63,246 bases of DNA, filler included, from Octopus bimaculoides (GCF_001194135.2; 8 parts of 8 records of this genome joined end to end with filler, not necessarily neighbours in it), one strand, 5' to 3'. Shown: positions 1 through 11,885, numbered from the whole stretch's first letter. The notes: generated from the letters alone by a model not told the origin. Numbers and translations: made by a program.

Positions 1-559
1 CGAGATCCACGGACAAGTTCTCTTCGGCGTCCTTGTCCCCCATCATCGCTGCCGTGTCCTCTGTCCCCCAGAGACCCTGGCCAGAGGGGTAGCACCTTTC
101 CATGACTAACACGATGCAAAGCGCAATGTGACCAGCGATGTCTAACAACATCCGATAGGCTGGTCGGTCACATGATCAAGTGACACACACACACACACAC
201 ATGCACGCACACACACACGCACACACACATGCACACGCATAAGCCCTTACCTTTAAAGCAAGTTTGCTAATGGTGAAGGAGTAGTCTGAAGATGTAGACC
301 CCAAGTTGTCTGCAGCCTCTTGCATCCGGGCCTTCTGTTGGGCTTGTAATGATCGTCTGAAAATGGAAAGGTCACAGATAAAGCAATATATAGTCGTTTT
401 TATTCTTTCATTCTCTTTCTTTCTTTCTTTTTATCCACCATCACTCTACTGCAGCCATGCTAGAACACCTACATCAAAGTTAGGAGAGTATTGTAGTTCG
501 CTTGAAGCATTGTGTATTATTTGTAAAGAATAAAAAGTTTAGAATGGTACAACAATGCA

Positions 560-915
560 CTATAATACAAAAATTGGACTATATACCTGTTGTAATTTGG
601 TTATCTATAGTCCGATGATATTTCGGAATTACAATTCCTTCTTCAAATATTCTAGATGGAGTCTCTGCTATAAACTGTTTTCCAACGGTTTTCTGTTTTT
701 CTTTTTAAATATACTTTTATATATTTATATGAATATGAAATGCAGAGTGCACTTGGGACCCTTTTTTTGAGAGGGCCCATGCCTCCGCTTTTGCATTTCA
801 AAACGCTAATGCTCATCCCTCCTTTGTGACGTTCGGATGTGAACCCATTCAGTGCATTATGAAGATCATCTTCTGGTGAACTAAATAACATAATGTCGTC
901 TGCATATATCAGCCG
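560..915 (-). mobile_element. Non-LTR retrotransposon reverse-transcriptase fragment, cut by the SINE at 921
   Basis: ORF 652-1023 contains LIYADDIMLFS..EDDLHNALN..GMSISVLKCK (YADD motif and typical downstream context). Confidence 0.7.
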
Positions 916-920
916 ATCGT

Positions 921-1303
921 GGAGGCGCAATGGCCCAGTGGTTAGGGCAGCAGACTCGTGGTCATAGGATCGCAGTTTCGATTCCCAGACAGGGCGTTGT
1001 GAGTGTTTATTGAGTGAAAACACCTAAAGCTCCACGAGGCTCCGGCAGGGGGATGGTGGCGAACCCTGCTGTACTCTTTCACCACAACCTTCTCTCACTC
1101 TTACTTCCTGTTTCTGTTGTGCCTGTAATTCAAAGAGTCAGCCTTGTCACACTGTGTCACGCTGAATATCCCCGAGAACTACGTTAAGGGTACACGTGTC
1201 TGTGGAGTGCTCAGCCACTTGCACGTTAATTTCACGAGCAGGCTGTTCCGTTGATCGGATCAACTGGAACCCTCGTCGTCGCAAGCGACGGAGTGCCAAC
1301 AAC
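921..1303 (+). mobile_element. tRNA-derived SINE, family A, full length
   Basis: A box TGGCCCAGTGG, B-box-like GTTTCGATTCCC, unique body and AAC tail. A second near-identical copy is at 30980-31355. Confidence 0.88.
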
Positions 1304-1700
1304 GTCTCATATATGTGTGCATGTTTGGATGATTGTATGTAGGCAAGGTACTTACTTTTCTTTAATAGAATTCGTGGAGAGCTGCATTCGATCTCTAACT
1401 GCCATAAAGAAAACTTCTTCTCGGGTGGAAAGAAAATATTCCAGCATGGAGGACTATGTGAAATAGAAACGGGTACATAGGTACAGAGATATATCTATTA
1501 AAGCGATTTACTGTAACACACACACACACACACACACACACGATGGACTGTGTTAAATAGAAACGGATATGTGGGTACATGAGTGTTTCTATTAAAGCTA
1601 GTATCACAAACACACACGCATGGAAGACTGTGAACTAAAAAGGCGTATTCGGGTGGATAGTATATACAATCATTAAAGTTAGTCACTAGGATAGCATCAC

Positions 1701-1794
<94 letters not shown>

Positions 1795-2089
1795 ACATAT
1801 ACTTACATGTATACAAGGTTATATGTATATATATATGTATATATATATATATATAGAGAGAGAGAGATAGATAGATATATACACATACATACGCACAAAC
1901 ATTTATATATACACACGTTCATTTATACATCCATATATACACACACATGCCATACATAAGCGTACAAACATATACACACGTTAACACTCGGATAACTCAT
2001 AGTTTCACTCCTATGCTTACACTCAGTTATCAGTTCACCAATCCTAAGCCAGCAATGTACCAACACTCTGCCAATTTTCGTACAATCTA

Positions 2090-2328
2090 CAGTCGAGGCC
2101 AAAATTTTGGAATACAGGTCTAAAGATTAGAATTTTTATATTAAATACCCAAAATTATATTTAATTTGCAATATATAATTTCTTGGCCAAATGTTTGGAG
2201 CATAAGTCTGAAAATATTTTCTTTTAGATATTGAACCATTGGGTCGGGTATTAGGTAAGTATATCTCTACGTTTGGACATAACAATTTTAATTTTTAAAA
2301 GAATGTTCCAAACCTTTGACCACGACTG
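2090..2328. mobile_element. Tc1/mariner-type MITE, 239 bp
   Basis: TA-CAGTCGAGGCCAAAATTTTGGAA ... TTCCAAACCTTTGACCACGACTG-TA: imperfect 23-bp TIRs with TA duplication on both sides. Confidence 0.85.
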
Positions 2329-2334
2329 TATGAA

Positions 2335-3500
2335 TTAGCAATCAATAATTAAGAAGCTTAAAGCAATTTCATAAAAATAAAAAAGAAAATAATCTGCAAT
2401 CGTATATGCGTTCGACTAATTAGCCATGTGGCAGTTATATAGGCAATCATAGTAATCACGTGGAAAGCATGTAACCAATCAATGATCATTCCTGTGGTAA
2501 TTTTATGTAAGGCAACTAGCTGGCAGCCATGTAATAATTATGTGGGCAATCAACAGGCCACAATGAGGCAATTATATAAGCAATTAGCTAGCAATCAAGC
2601 GGAAATTATATAAGTAATCAACAAGCAATCATGTAGCAATTATGTAAACAATCAGCTAAGAACCATGTGGCAATTTTGTGAGCAATCAAGTAGCCATCAT
2701 GCGGCAGTTATGTAAGAAATCAAGCAATGACCATCAATTATTTAAGCAATCATCGACAATCATGTAATTTATAGAAACAATGAACAAGCAATTGTTTGCC
2801 AATTATGTAAACATTTGAGCAGAAATCGATAAGCAATCGATATGTAATCCTGAAGCAATTATGTAAACAGCAAACAAAAACACATGTAGCAATTTTGTGG
2901 ACAAAAATTAAAACCAGCATTCATGTGGCAAACTGAACAAGCAATCAAATAACTACTGTATCGCAGTGATCATATACGAGCGATCATGTGGCAATTATAT
3001 AAGCCATCAATTACGAACCATGTGGCAATTAGATAAGCAATGAATTAGCAAACATGCAGCAATTATTTAAATAACCGGCTAGCAATCATGTGGCAAGTAT
3101 GTAAACAAGCAACTGGTAACCATGTAGCTCTTACACAAACAATCAACCGGCGGATATGTGACAATTTTTAAGCAATCACTTTGCAATCACGTGGAAAGCT
3201 TATGCGAAAGTAACTAGCAAACATGCAGTGATTATGTTGACAACCAGTTGGCAACCATGTGGCAATTATATCAACAATCAGGTAGCAACCATGTGGCAAT
3301 TATATAAACATGTAGAAATTATGTAAACAATCAAGAAACAATAATGTAGCAATTTTATAAACAATCAATGATCAATTAGTAACCATGTGGCAATTATACA
3401 AACAATAGCTAGCAATCATGTGGTAACTACACGAACAATCAACACGGAGGCCTGTAGCAAGTGTGTAAACAGTTAAGAAGCAATCACGTGACAATTACAA
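2335..3500. repeat. Degenerate ~33-34-bp minisatellite, roughly 35 units
   Basis: Recurrent GCAA(T/C)CATGTGGCAATTATATAAACAATCAA. For example, units start at 3251 and 3285. Confidence 0.85.
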
Positions 3501-3907
3501 AAACCAGTTTGAAGGTGACTGAGAAACAAACTCGATGAGGACCAGACAACCATCGGGGACAGCTTACTTTTTGCAGAGTAAGAATTAAAAATCTCTGCTT
3601 TCGTAATTACTGTGATATCACTTATCCCTTTGAAGGACTTATATCAATATTAGGGGTTAGGTAATGATCCTTTGGGCATACAGAAACGTAATTAGGAGGA
3701 TTAATGCGATTATTCTTACGAGCTTGCTTTTAAGTTTAAAACATGAAAAGTAAAGTACATGAACACGTTGAAAGTTCAATCCATCTTACGAAACGATAGG
3801 GAAACAAATATGAAAGGTGTTAATACAATTTAGTATTTTAGTAAAGAGTTATATTGGGGTTAAGTACGAAAAATGTATTGCTACTGATGGTTAACATATG
3901 CATGTGT

Positions 3908-3956
<49 letters not shown>

Positions 3957-4209
3957 CATATACATATACGGATATATACATATATGTTCAGCTTGATAAA
4001 TGGCGGAATAAATTATTATTTCGATCAGGAAACCCTGGGTAGCTGTATTTAAAGATTTGTGTTTTTTTTATTATAAGATTATTTCTGAAATAACACTTCA
4101 AATATCTTATTATTGATGCTTAATATTCCAGGTGCACTGCAACACCTTTGCACTATTATCTATATTTTTTCAACTGCATTTTATCTTTTTGCCTTTTTCC
4201 GATCATTTT

Positions 4210-4246
4210 TTTTCTGATGAAGGACTAGCATCCGAAACGTTAGGAC
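4210..4246 (+). ncRNA. Minimal hammerhead-like motif with canonical CUGAUGA core in a Penelope-like terminal repeat (~4130-4310)
   Basis: UUUU-CUGAUGA-A-GGA(CUAGCA)UCC-GAAA-CGUU-AGGA. Stem I is weak (two G-U pairs). The element ends ctccctctcg-(TA)n. Confidence 0.55.
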
Positions 4247-5174
4247 TTGTTTCCTTCTTTTTAAGTGTTAGACTAATACAGCAATTGTTAAAACTCCTCC
4301 CTCTCGTATATATATATATATATATGTGTGTGTGTTAGTGTGTGTGTGTTAGTGTGTGTGTAGTTATATGTAAGCGAGGGTTTGGATTATGGGATTATCC
4401 ATGCAGGATTAGGAAATGAGACAACGTTCTTTGGTAGTAGTGGTAGTAATGGGAAACTGTATCAAACGGTGGCCCTTACCTGAAAGAAATGAACTTTCAC
4501 TTCCCCATCCTAAGAAATCCAGAAAGAGAAGAACCATAAACACATATCTTGTATAGAACGGAATTGTCCCTTTTTCTCTCGGCTAATCGGAGGAGTGGTA
4601 GGAGGAAGAGCAGGAGGAGGCAATATGAAGCTGCTTACTTTATTATTAGATTCACGCAGATTCATACGCACGCCCACGCACATATACACGCCACGCGCAT
4701 ATAAGTGTAGAAAGAAAAGCGCACTCAGTACGTTATCTAGAGTATATAATATTTTACTAGTTTATTTGTCACTGAATGCTTCGGTCATTACTCGGAATTT
4801 CTTAAATATGAAGTCATGTGCTTATTCTTCAGCGTTCTCTGCTGAAATCTAAAGAATATGCTTCTGTCTGCGCCTCCAGGAACTTCTGAATAATTATTGC
4901 AGGAATCACTGACAAATAAACGAGAGGGTTGAAAGCCATAACCACGTCATACATACACCATACCATACGAATTGGTATGTTCATGCTATATTATTAGCAT
5001 TATCCTGCGTTTGAGAATAAAATTATTTCCTTTTACGTATCTTTCAATACGTCTCAACGCTTCTAAAACATACGTTTATATGTTTTTATGTACATATGTA
5101 TGTGAATATATGTATATAGCTGTATGATTGTACATTTACGCACACACACACACACACACATTATATAACAACCA

Positions 5175-5700
5175 ACAACCTATGCTGAGTGAAAATCTTT
5201 AAAAAATGGAAATCTGCTGGATTGGATGAAATTCCAGTGGACTTAAGCTAAAAGTATTTATCCCGTCATCTGTTTCTGAGAAGAAGGCAAAGTTCTTGCA
5301 TATTAAAAAAAAAATTATTATTTTTAACAATTTTCGCAAGAAAAGAACTATACAGAGTGGAAACTATCAGGGCATCTCTTTCTTTCCTCTATTGCTGGAA
5401 AAAAAATCGCGTAAAGTTGCGTTTGATAGACTGACTGGTTCCCATTGCAGAACGAATTCTTCTGGAAATCCAAAATGAGATTAAATCTGCAACACTGATA
5501 GGTTAATATGATTTTTCTCTCCCCTTTCGACAGATCTCAGAGAAGTGTCTGGAACTACGCAGTTTTCTATACGTAATTTTCTTTTATCGTAAAGCTTTCG
5601 CTTTTGTACCACGTGACACACTGCGGAAGGCTCTTGAACTCTTCGGGTGCTGTGTTTCTTTCATGAGAATTGTCAAAGCTCTCCATGAAGATATAACGAA
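5175..5700 (+). mobile_element. Degenerate RTE-clade LINE reverse-transcriptase fragment
   Basis: Frameshifted pieces read KSAGLDEIPVDL, GNYQGISFF, FRQISEKCLE and VPRDTLRKALELFGC..FMRIVKALHEDI. Confidence 0.8.
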
Positions 5701-7582
5701 ACAGAAAATCTGATGGGTGGGGAGTGGGTAGGAGGATTTTTTCTATCCTTCCTTATCGGAATAAATATTCTTTTCTACCTTAGGCACAAGGCCCGAAATT
5801 TTTGGGGAGGTGGGGCAGTCGATTAGATCGACCCCAGTACGCAACTAGTACTTAATTTATCGCAGCGCTGTGGGATATCGAACGCGAAGTCCCACTGTTA
5901 TGAAGTGAACTACTTTCACCACACGGCCATGCTCATATTCGTAACAATAACAACAACTAAAATAAAAAAACCCAGCTAAAACAACAACAATAATAACAAC
6001 ATTTTAATAAAAATCAAAACAGTATAAGAAACCTTACTAGAAGCATGAGAAAACAAAAAAAAAAATTACACTCAGTAAAATAAAGATGAACGAACAACCA
6101 AACTACTTCACACACTTACTCACGCATANNNNNNNNNNNNNNNNNNNNNNNNNNNNNNNNNNNNNNNNNNNNNNNNNNNNNNNNNNNNNNNNNNNNNNNN
6201 NNNNNNNNNNNNNNNNNNNNNNNNNNNNNNNNNNNNNNNNNNNNNNNNNNNNNNNNNNNNNNNNNNNNNNNNNNNNNNNNNNNNNNNNNNNNNNNNNNNN
6301 NNNNNNNNNNNNNNNNNNNNNNNNNNNNNNNNNNNNNNNNNNNNNNNNNNNNNNNNNNNNNNNNNNNNNNNNNNNNNNNNNNNNNNNNNNNNNNNNNNNN
6401 NNNNNNNNNNNNNNNNNNNNNNNNNNNNNNNNNNNNNNNNNNNNNNNNNNNNNNNNNNNNNNNNNNNNNNNNNNNNNNNNNNNNNNNNNNNNNNNNNNNN
6501 NNNNNNNNNNNNNNNNNNNNNNNNNNNNNNNNNNNNNNNNNNNNNNNNNNNNNNNNNNNNNNNNNNNNNNNNNNNNNNNNNNNNNNNNNNNNNNNNNNNN
6601 NNNNNNNNNNNNNNNNNNNNNNNNNNNNNNNNNNNNNNNNNNNNNNNNNNNNNNNNNNNNNNNNNNNNNNNNNNNNNNNNNNNNNNNNNNNNNNNNNNNT
6701 ATATATATATATATATGTATAGATTGCCACTGGGAAAAAATATTAGCTCAGAGTTGCCTCTCTTGGTATCTGGTACTGAAGAGAACTGAGTAGTTCGAAA
6801 TGCATCCACCAGCCAAATAGAGGATAGTCTGAGCAAACTACGGTGTTTTTGAGACCTTTTCGTCTTAAGCGGGAATTTGTTTCCCCTCGACAAACTGCAG
6901 TGAAAAGCCGTTCACGGGTTCAAACATCGCTGAAACATATTTGAACTGGTCTAATGTTCCTATTGTAATATTTCCTTCTATACAAAATTTTTATGCATTT
7001 GATCTCTGATCCTTAACAAATGTGTTATTTCTGGACGTATACGTAATACAACGCTGCATTCAACTAGTCATCGTTAGAATATATATGAACAATATTTACA
7101 CCTGTTCTAGGTTCCGATCGGTTACTTTGATCTCTAATCATCATCTAATTCCTGGTTGTGAAAATTGTTTAAGAACTAATCATCTTTACTGTATATATTT
7201 ATAATATTAATACCTGCACTATATTTCAATGAGGTTTGATTCCGGATTGTCATCAGGTGTCTTATTCCTGGATGTATACACCGTGCCAGGCTGGATTAGA
7301 ACCTATCACCTTTACAGTGTATGTCAATAATATTTACATCATTACATTTCGACAGGCGTGATTTTCTGCCATCATCAGGTGTTTATACGCATGGTTGTGT
7401 ACCAGTCTGGAGCAGAACTCATAAGAGTTCCCTTACACAAACGAAGTCATAGTGACATTAACTAAGTTTGAATCCACTCCGGGGGCTATGTACACACCCA
7501 GGGACAAGACGCCTCAACTTATTAGTGTCATAGGAAGAGTTTCATATACACCAGTTAAGACACGCTGCTACTGCTGCTGCTG

Positions 7583-7615
<33 letters not shown>

Positions 7616-7864
7616 TTACTACTACTACTTTTTTTCTACAATAGGCAAAAGGCCTGAAATTTTAGTGGTGGGGGCTTGGTCGATTACATCGACCCCAGTG
7701 ATCAACTGGTACTTATTTTCTCGACTCCGAAAGGATGAAAGGCAAAGTCGACCTCGGCGGAATTTGAACTCATCACGTAAAACACGAAGAACTGCCGTTA
7801 AGCATTTCGTTCGACGCGCTAACGATTCTACCAGCTCATCACCTTAATGATAATAATAATAATG

Positions 7865-7907
<43 letters not shown>

Positions 7908-7989
7908 GGAAAGTATTATCTGTCTCCAACTTGTACAAATGCAAAACAAAAGTCAAACATAAAATAATAATAATAATAATATTAATAAT

Positions 7990-8230
7990 GATAATGATAA
8001 TAATTTCTTTTATTAGACACAGGGGCTTAAATGATGGGAACGTTACAAAGACAGACAACAATTGGTATGGAAATTTACAAAAACGATGGAGAGAAAGAAA
8101 TGGGGAAAAAAACTGTGAAATACGATGAAAGTACACATTATAAAAGTAGCTGTTACTGATACGAGAGAAACTCCAGCTAGGGCTGATCAGGGAGCTCCAC
8201 GGATCCAGGATTACCTTGACCACTAAACGT
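7990..8230 (-). mobile_element. 3' end of an L1/Tx1-like LINE with an (ATT)n tail
   Basis: Minus strand ends ...cccctgtgtctAATAAAagaaattattat. A related 3' end (tttatttgccacagggg) is at ~33640-33780. Confidence 0.5.
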
Positions 8231-8233
8231 ATG

Positions 8234-8273
<40 letters not shown>

Positions 8274-8406
8274 GGATAATGAATTATTTATTGGTCATAA
8301 GGGGCCAAGGCATTGAGGACAGCATTAAATGATGAATCCCAACACACAGAAATGTTACATAGGTCGAAGGGGGAAAGTAACGTCAAGAAGGATATAACAA
8401 AGAAAA

Positions 8407-8558
8407 AAATTAGAAAATTATTATTTTAAAATCTCACAACGTGAGATATTCAGCAACGGTAGTTTGTAGTAAAGATTGTTTGCTAACATGACATGGCATA
8501 ACTGGTTTAGGGCTAATATCTCACGTTGTGAGATTTAAAAATAGTAATTTTCTAATTT
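8407..8558. repeat. 44-bp inverted repeat with 64-bp spacer (MITE-like hairpin)
   Basis: 8407-8450 versus the reverse complement of 8515-8558: 2 mismatches. Confidence 0.88.
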
Positions 8559-8917
8559 ATAAATCAGTGACTAGTTGTCACTTTGAAAACTATATATTTC
8601 GAACAGAAATTTGGCAGCGCCACCTCAAGCCGAGCAGTTATTCTGTGCTGAAAAAGAGAAATAACCCAGAAATTGCGATACACAGATATTCGTTTTGAGC
8701 TGAGTGGGGGTGCTAGATTCCCTTGTTCGAAAATATAAGGACACAGATCGTGTCGTATAGCCAGCTGGAGACGATGTCTCCTGGGGCTAAATTACAACAA
8801 CATTCGTCCTAAACCAGGACTGCCATGTTATGTTGGCAAACAATCTGTACTACAAAGAATATATATATATATANNNNNNNNNNNNNNNNNNNNNNNNNNN
8901 NNNNNNNNNNNNNNNNN

Positions 8918-8929
8918 TTAATTAATTAA
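8918..8929. other. Artificial contig-joining linker TTAATTAATTAA in 44 N + 44 N padding
   Basis: The identical 100-bp construct also occurs at 21133, 36246, 38608, 55965, 58272 and 61215. It gives stop codons in all six frames. Confidence 0.95.
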
Positions 8930-10764
8930 NNNNNNNNNNNNNNNNNNNNNNNNNNNNNNNNNNNNNNNNNNNNTCTTTAGCCACCCACTAATATCGATAG
9001 TCTTATGTACGGTTGTACGTAAGTATATACTTTTATACATGTATGCATGTGTGTATGTATGTATGTATGTATGTATGTATGTATGTATGTATGTATGTAT
9101 GTATTTGTGTGTGGTTGCGTGTATGTTTCGTATGTCAGCGTTTGTGTTTGATGTTAAAACAATATCTATTGGGTGACGAGTAAGTTCAAAGTTTTTTCTT
9201 CGTTAAACTATTTGTCCAATCAGAACATAGACTTGCTATTATAGTTGTGGTGATGGTAGCAGGAAATGTTNNNNNNNNNNTCTTCTTCTTCTTCTTCTTC
9301 TTCTTCTTCTTCTTCTTCTTCTTTCGTTTTTGTTGTCGGCGGCATAATTTTGTTACAAGCTGTACCTCCACCTTCCATTCCACCACCAAAAATTTACGTC
9401 TCATTTACATACGTTTCACTTTTATAAATTCTCTTTAGCCACCCACTAATATCGATAGTCTTATGTACGGTTGTACGTAAGTATATACTTTTATACATGT
9501 ATGCATGTATGTATGTATGTATGTATGTATGTATGTATGTATGTATTTGTGTGTGGTTGCGTGTATGTTTCGTATGTCAGCGTTTGTGTTTGATGTTAAA
9601 ACAATATCTATTGGGTGACGAGTAAGTTCAAAGTTTTTTCTTCGTTAAACTATTTGTCCAATCAGAACATAGACTTGCTATTATAGTTGTGGTGATGGTA
9701 GCAGGAAATGTTATTAATCTTCCATATTTCATTGGTCTGTTGTCATAGTTATTGTGGTTGTTTAAACCCAATTCAGCCTTGATTGAACAAACATATGATC
9801 AAAGACTTTTCGGCCATGACCATCCGGTGTATATTTCTAGATTTAATGCTCCCATTCCCACGTACGTCATCCAATGTATTCTTCGTTTAAATCAGTAGGA
9901 TGTACTTTGAGGGGCATTTGGTGGTTATTTCTTGTCAGTTGAACGACCGTTCAGAGATCCTCTCGTTAGCTCGCTATAGGCCGAAATTTCATTGGATAAA
10001 ATTCGAAATTGGCGAATGCTTTGAGATTTCATTGGTTCATCTAATGGCTGGAAGAGTGGTGTAACAACATCAAATTAAAGATTTCATTTGAATTTTTGCG
10101 ATGATATTCCACTATTGTCGGTACTATTGATGGTGATTGTTCTTATTCTGTTTTCTTTTAATTTTATTTATGCTTCTTAAAGTGCGGCAAGTTTGCAGAA
10201 TACTTAGCATGCTGGCAAAATGCTTAGCTGCATTTCGTCCGTCTTTCTGAGTTTAGAATCCGCTGCGGTCAACTTTGCCTTTCATCCATTAAGAGTCGAT
10301 AAAATAAGTACTTGTTGAGTACTGGGGTCTCCACCCATGAAATGTTTGGCTTTGTTCTTGGCATCAGGAGAAAATAATTTTGCAGTTTTCTCCTGGATTT
10401 TTACCTTCTGAATACGAATCCCGTCGAGGTTAGCTTTGCTTTTCATCCATTCGGATTCAATAGAATAAAGTACTAGTTCAGTACTGAGGCCGGTGATGTT
10501 GATTACTCTCCTACCCTCAAAATTGCTGACTTTGTGCCTAAATCAGAGCCAACGGCTCTATAAGTTGTGATGGAATCGCAGAATTGTTAGCTCGTCAGTC
10601 AAAATGCTTTGTGATATTTCTTCCGGCTTTAAATATACTGAGTTCAAATCCTATCGAAGTCAACTTCGTCTTTCACTCCTCCAAGATCGATAAATTTAGG
10701 GTTCCAAACAAGTATCTGTGTCAATTTAATCAACAAACCCAGGACTTTTGCCAATATTGGTTTC

Positions 10765-10975
10765 AAATTTTGGCACAGGACCAGCAATTCCGAGAATGGG
10801 AGTAAGTCGATTACATCGACCTCAATGCTTGAAGGGTACTTATTTTATCAACTCCCGATAGGATGAAAGGCAAAGTCGACTTCGGCGGAATTTGAATTCA
10901 GAACATAGAGACGGACGAAATGCCTCTAAGCATTTTGCCCGACATGCTAAAAATTCTGCCAAGCTCGCCGCTTGA
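10765..10975 (-). mobile_element. tRNA-derived SINE, family C, representative copy
   Basis: Minus-strand head ggcgagct-ggcagaa...ctgaattcaaattccgccgaagtcgactttgcctttcatcc. Other copies: ~5770-5930(-), 7630-7845(-), 10179-10330(+), 10400-10540(+), 10600-10740(+), 17090-17230(+), 23210-23430(-), 41100-41270(-), 48230-48370(+), 53400-53510(+). Confidence 0.85.
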
Positions 10976-11299
10976 CCTGTGCCTAATTTAGAAATAATTA
11001 TATATGTCTCTTTAATATTATTGTTACTGTTATCTTACCACTCGATCTAAATACCTGATCATTTCTTGTTTGTTGTTTTATTGTGCTTTACTTTTGTACT
11101 GTCCTCAACGTCGTGACTATTATTAAATTGACAAAATCGTTAGGTCATCGAACAAAATACTTTAGGGTATTTACCTACGGTGCTATAAGTTATGCGCTGA
11201 AATTCTGCCGAGTACGATTTGGCGTTCCGTCTATTCAGCGTCGATAAATAGCTACCAGTTGATCGATGTAATCGCTTAAAATCTTCCCCACTAAATGTG

Positions 11300-11885
11300 C
11301 TGGCCTAGCGCTGACCTAGCGCTGGCCTTGAAACTATTATCGTTATTGAGTGAGAGAGCAGCACATGCCATCTAAGTGACACTGGGATACAAATAATGAA
11401 GCCCAATATACCCATCGTGACTATTCGTCTGATAAGGGTACACCAGGCACATGCATCACAACCATATGTGCGCGACATGGTATTCACATATCGAGATTAA
11501 CAGCGCATGAACTTGCAGGTGGAGCCCAGTTAGAATTTTCTTCGGTTCGAGTAGCTCATCTCACTCAAAAGGTCTCCATATTTCCAGAGGTGAATAATTC
11601 AAACTCCAAAGAATTCCTCTCAATACATGGCTATGATGCTCCTCCAATACTTCTGCTCGTTATCATAGATGCACATATCGTCAGCCACTAAGGAACATGC
11701 TTAACTGGTTAAGATCAAGCAACTGACAAACAAATATGTGGTATTGAGCAGAATATTTGCTGTAGCCCATCTCTTACACCAAGACAAAGCATGTTAACAC
11801 TTCTAATCAGCTAAGTTGAGAAGCTATGAAAGCCATTGCCTGGCACTGCATCAGAACATAGCCATTGGTATTGCAATAGGGCATT
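11300..11885. repeat. Probable ~0.6-kb interspersed non-autonomous repeat
   Basis: Non-coding block bounded by simple repeats. It resembles an abundant octopus repeat as I recall it. There is no second copy in the window. Confidence 0.4.

Noticed and set aside
921-1000. tRNA-like A/B boxes
   Set aside because: These are heads of SINEs that continue into repeat bodies, not tRNA genes.
2335-3500. Possible CRISPR-like array
   Set aside because: Eukaryotic context, degenerate contiguous units with no unique spacers, and no cas genes.
4790-4835. CUGAAGA...GAAA hammerhead-like pair on the minus strand (similarly CUGACGA near 28770)
   Set aside because: Stem II does not close adjacent to GAAA, so the motif geometry fails.
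8974-9712. ~290-bp direct duplication (8974-9270 and 9432-9712), and similar duplications at ~22040-22110 and ~37750-37960
   Set aside because: They flank N gaps and differ mainly in microsatellite length. They are most likely overlap or haplotype assembly artefacts.
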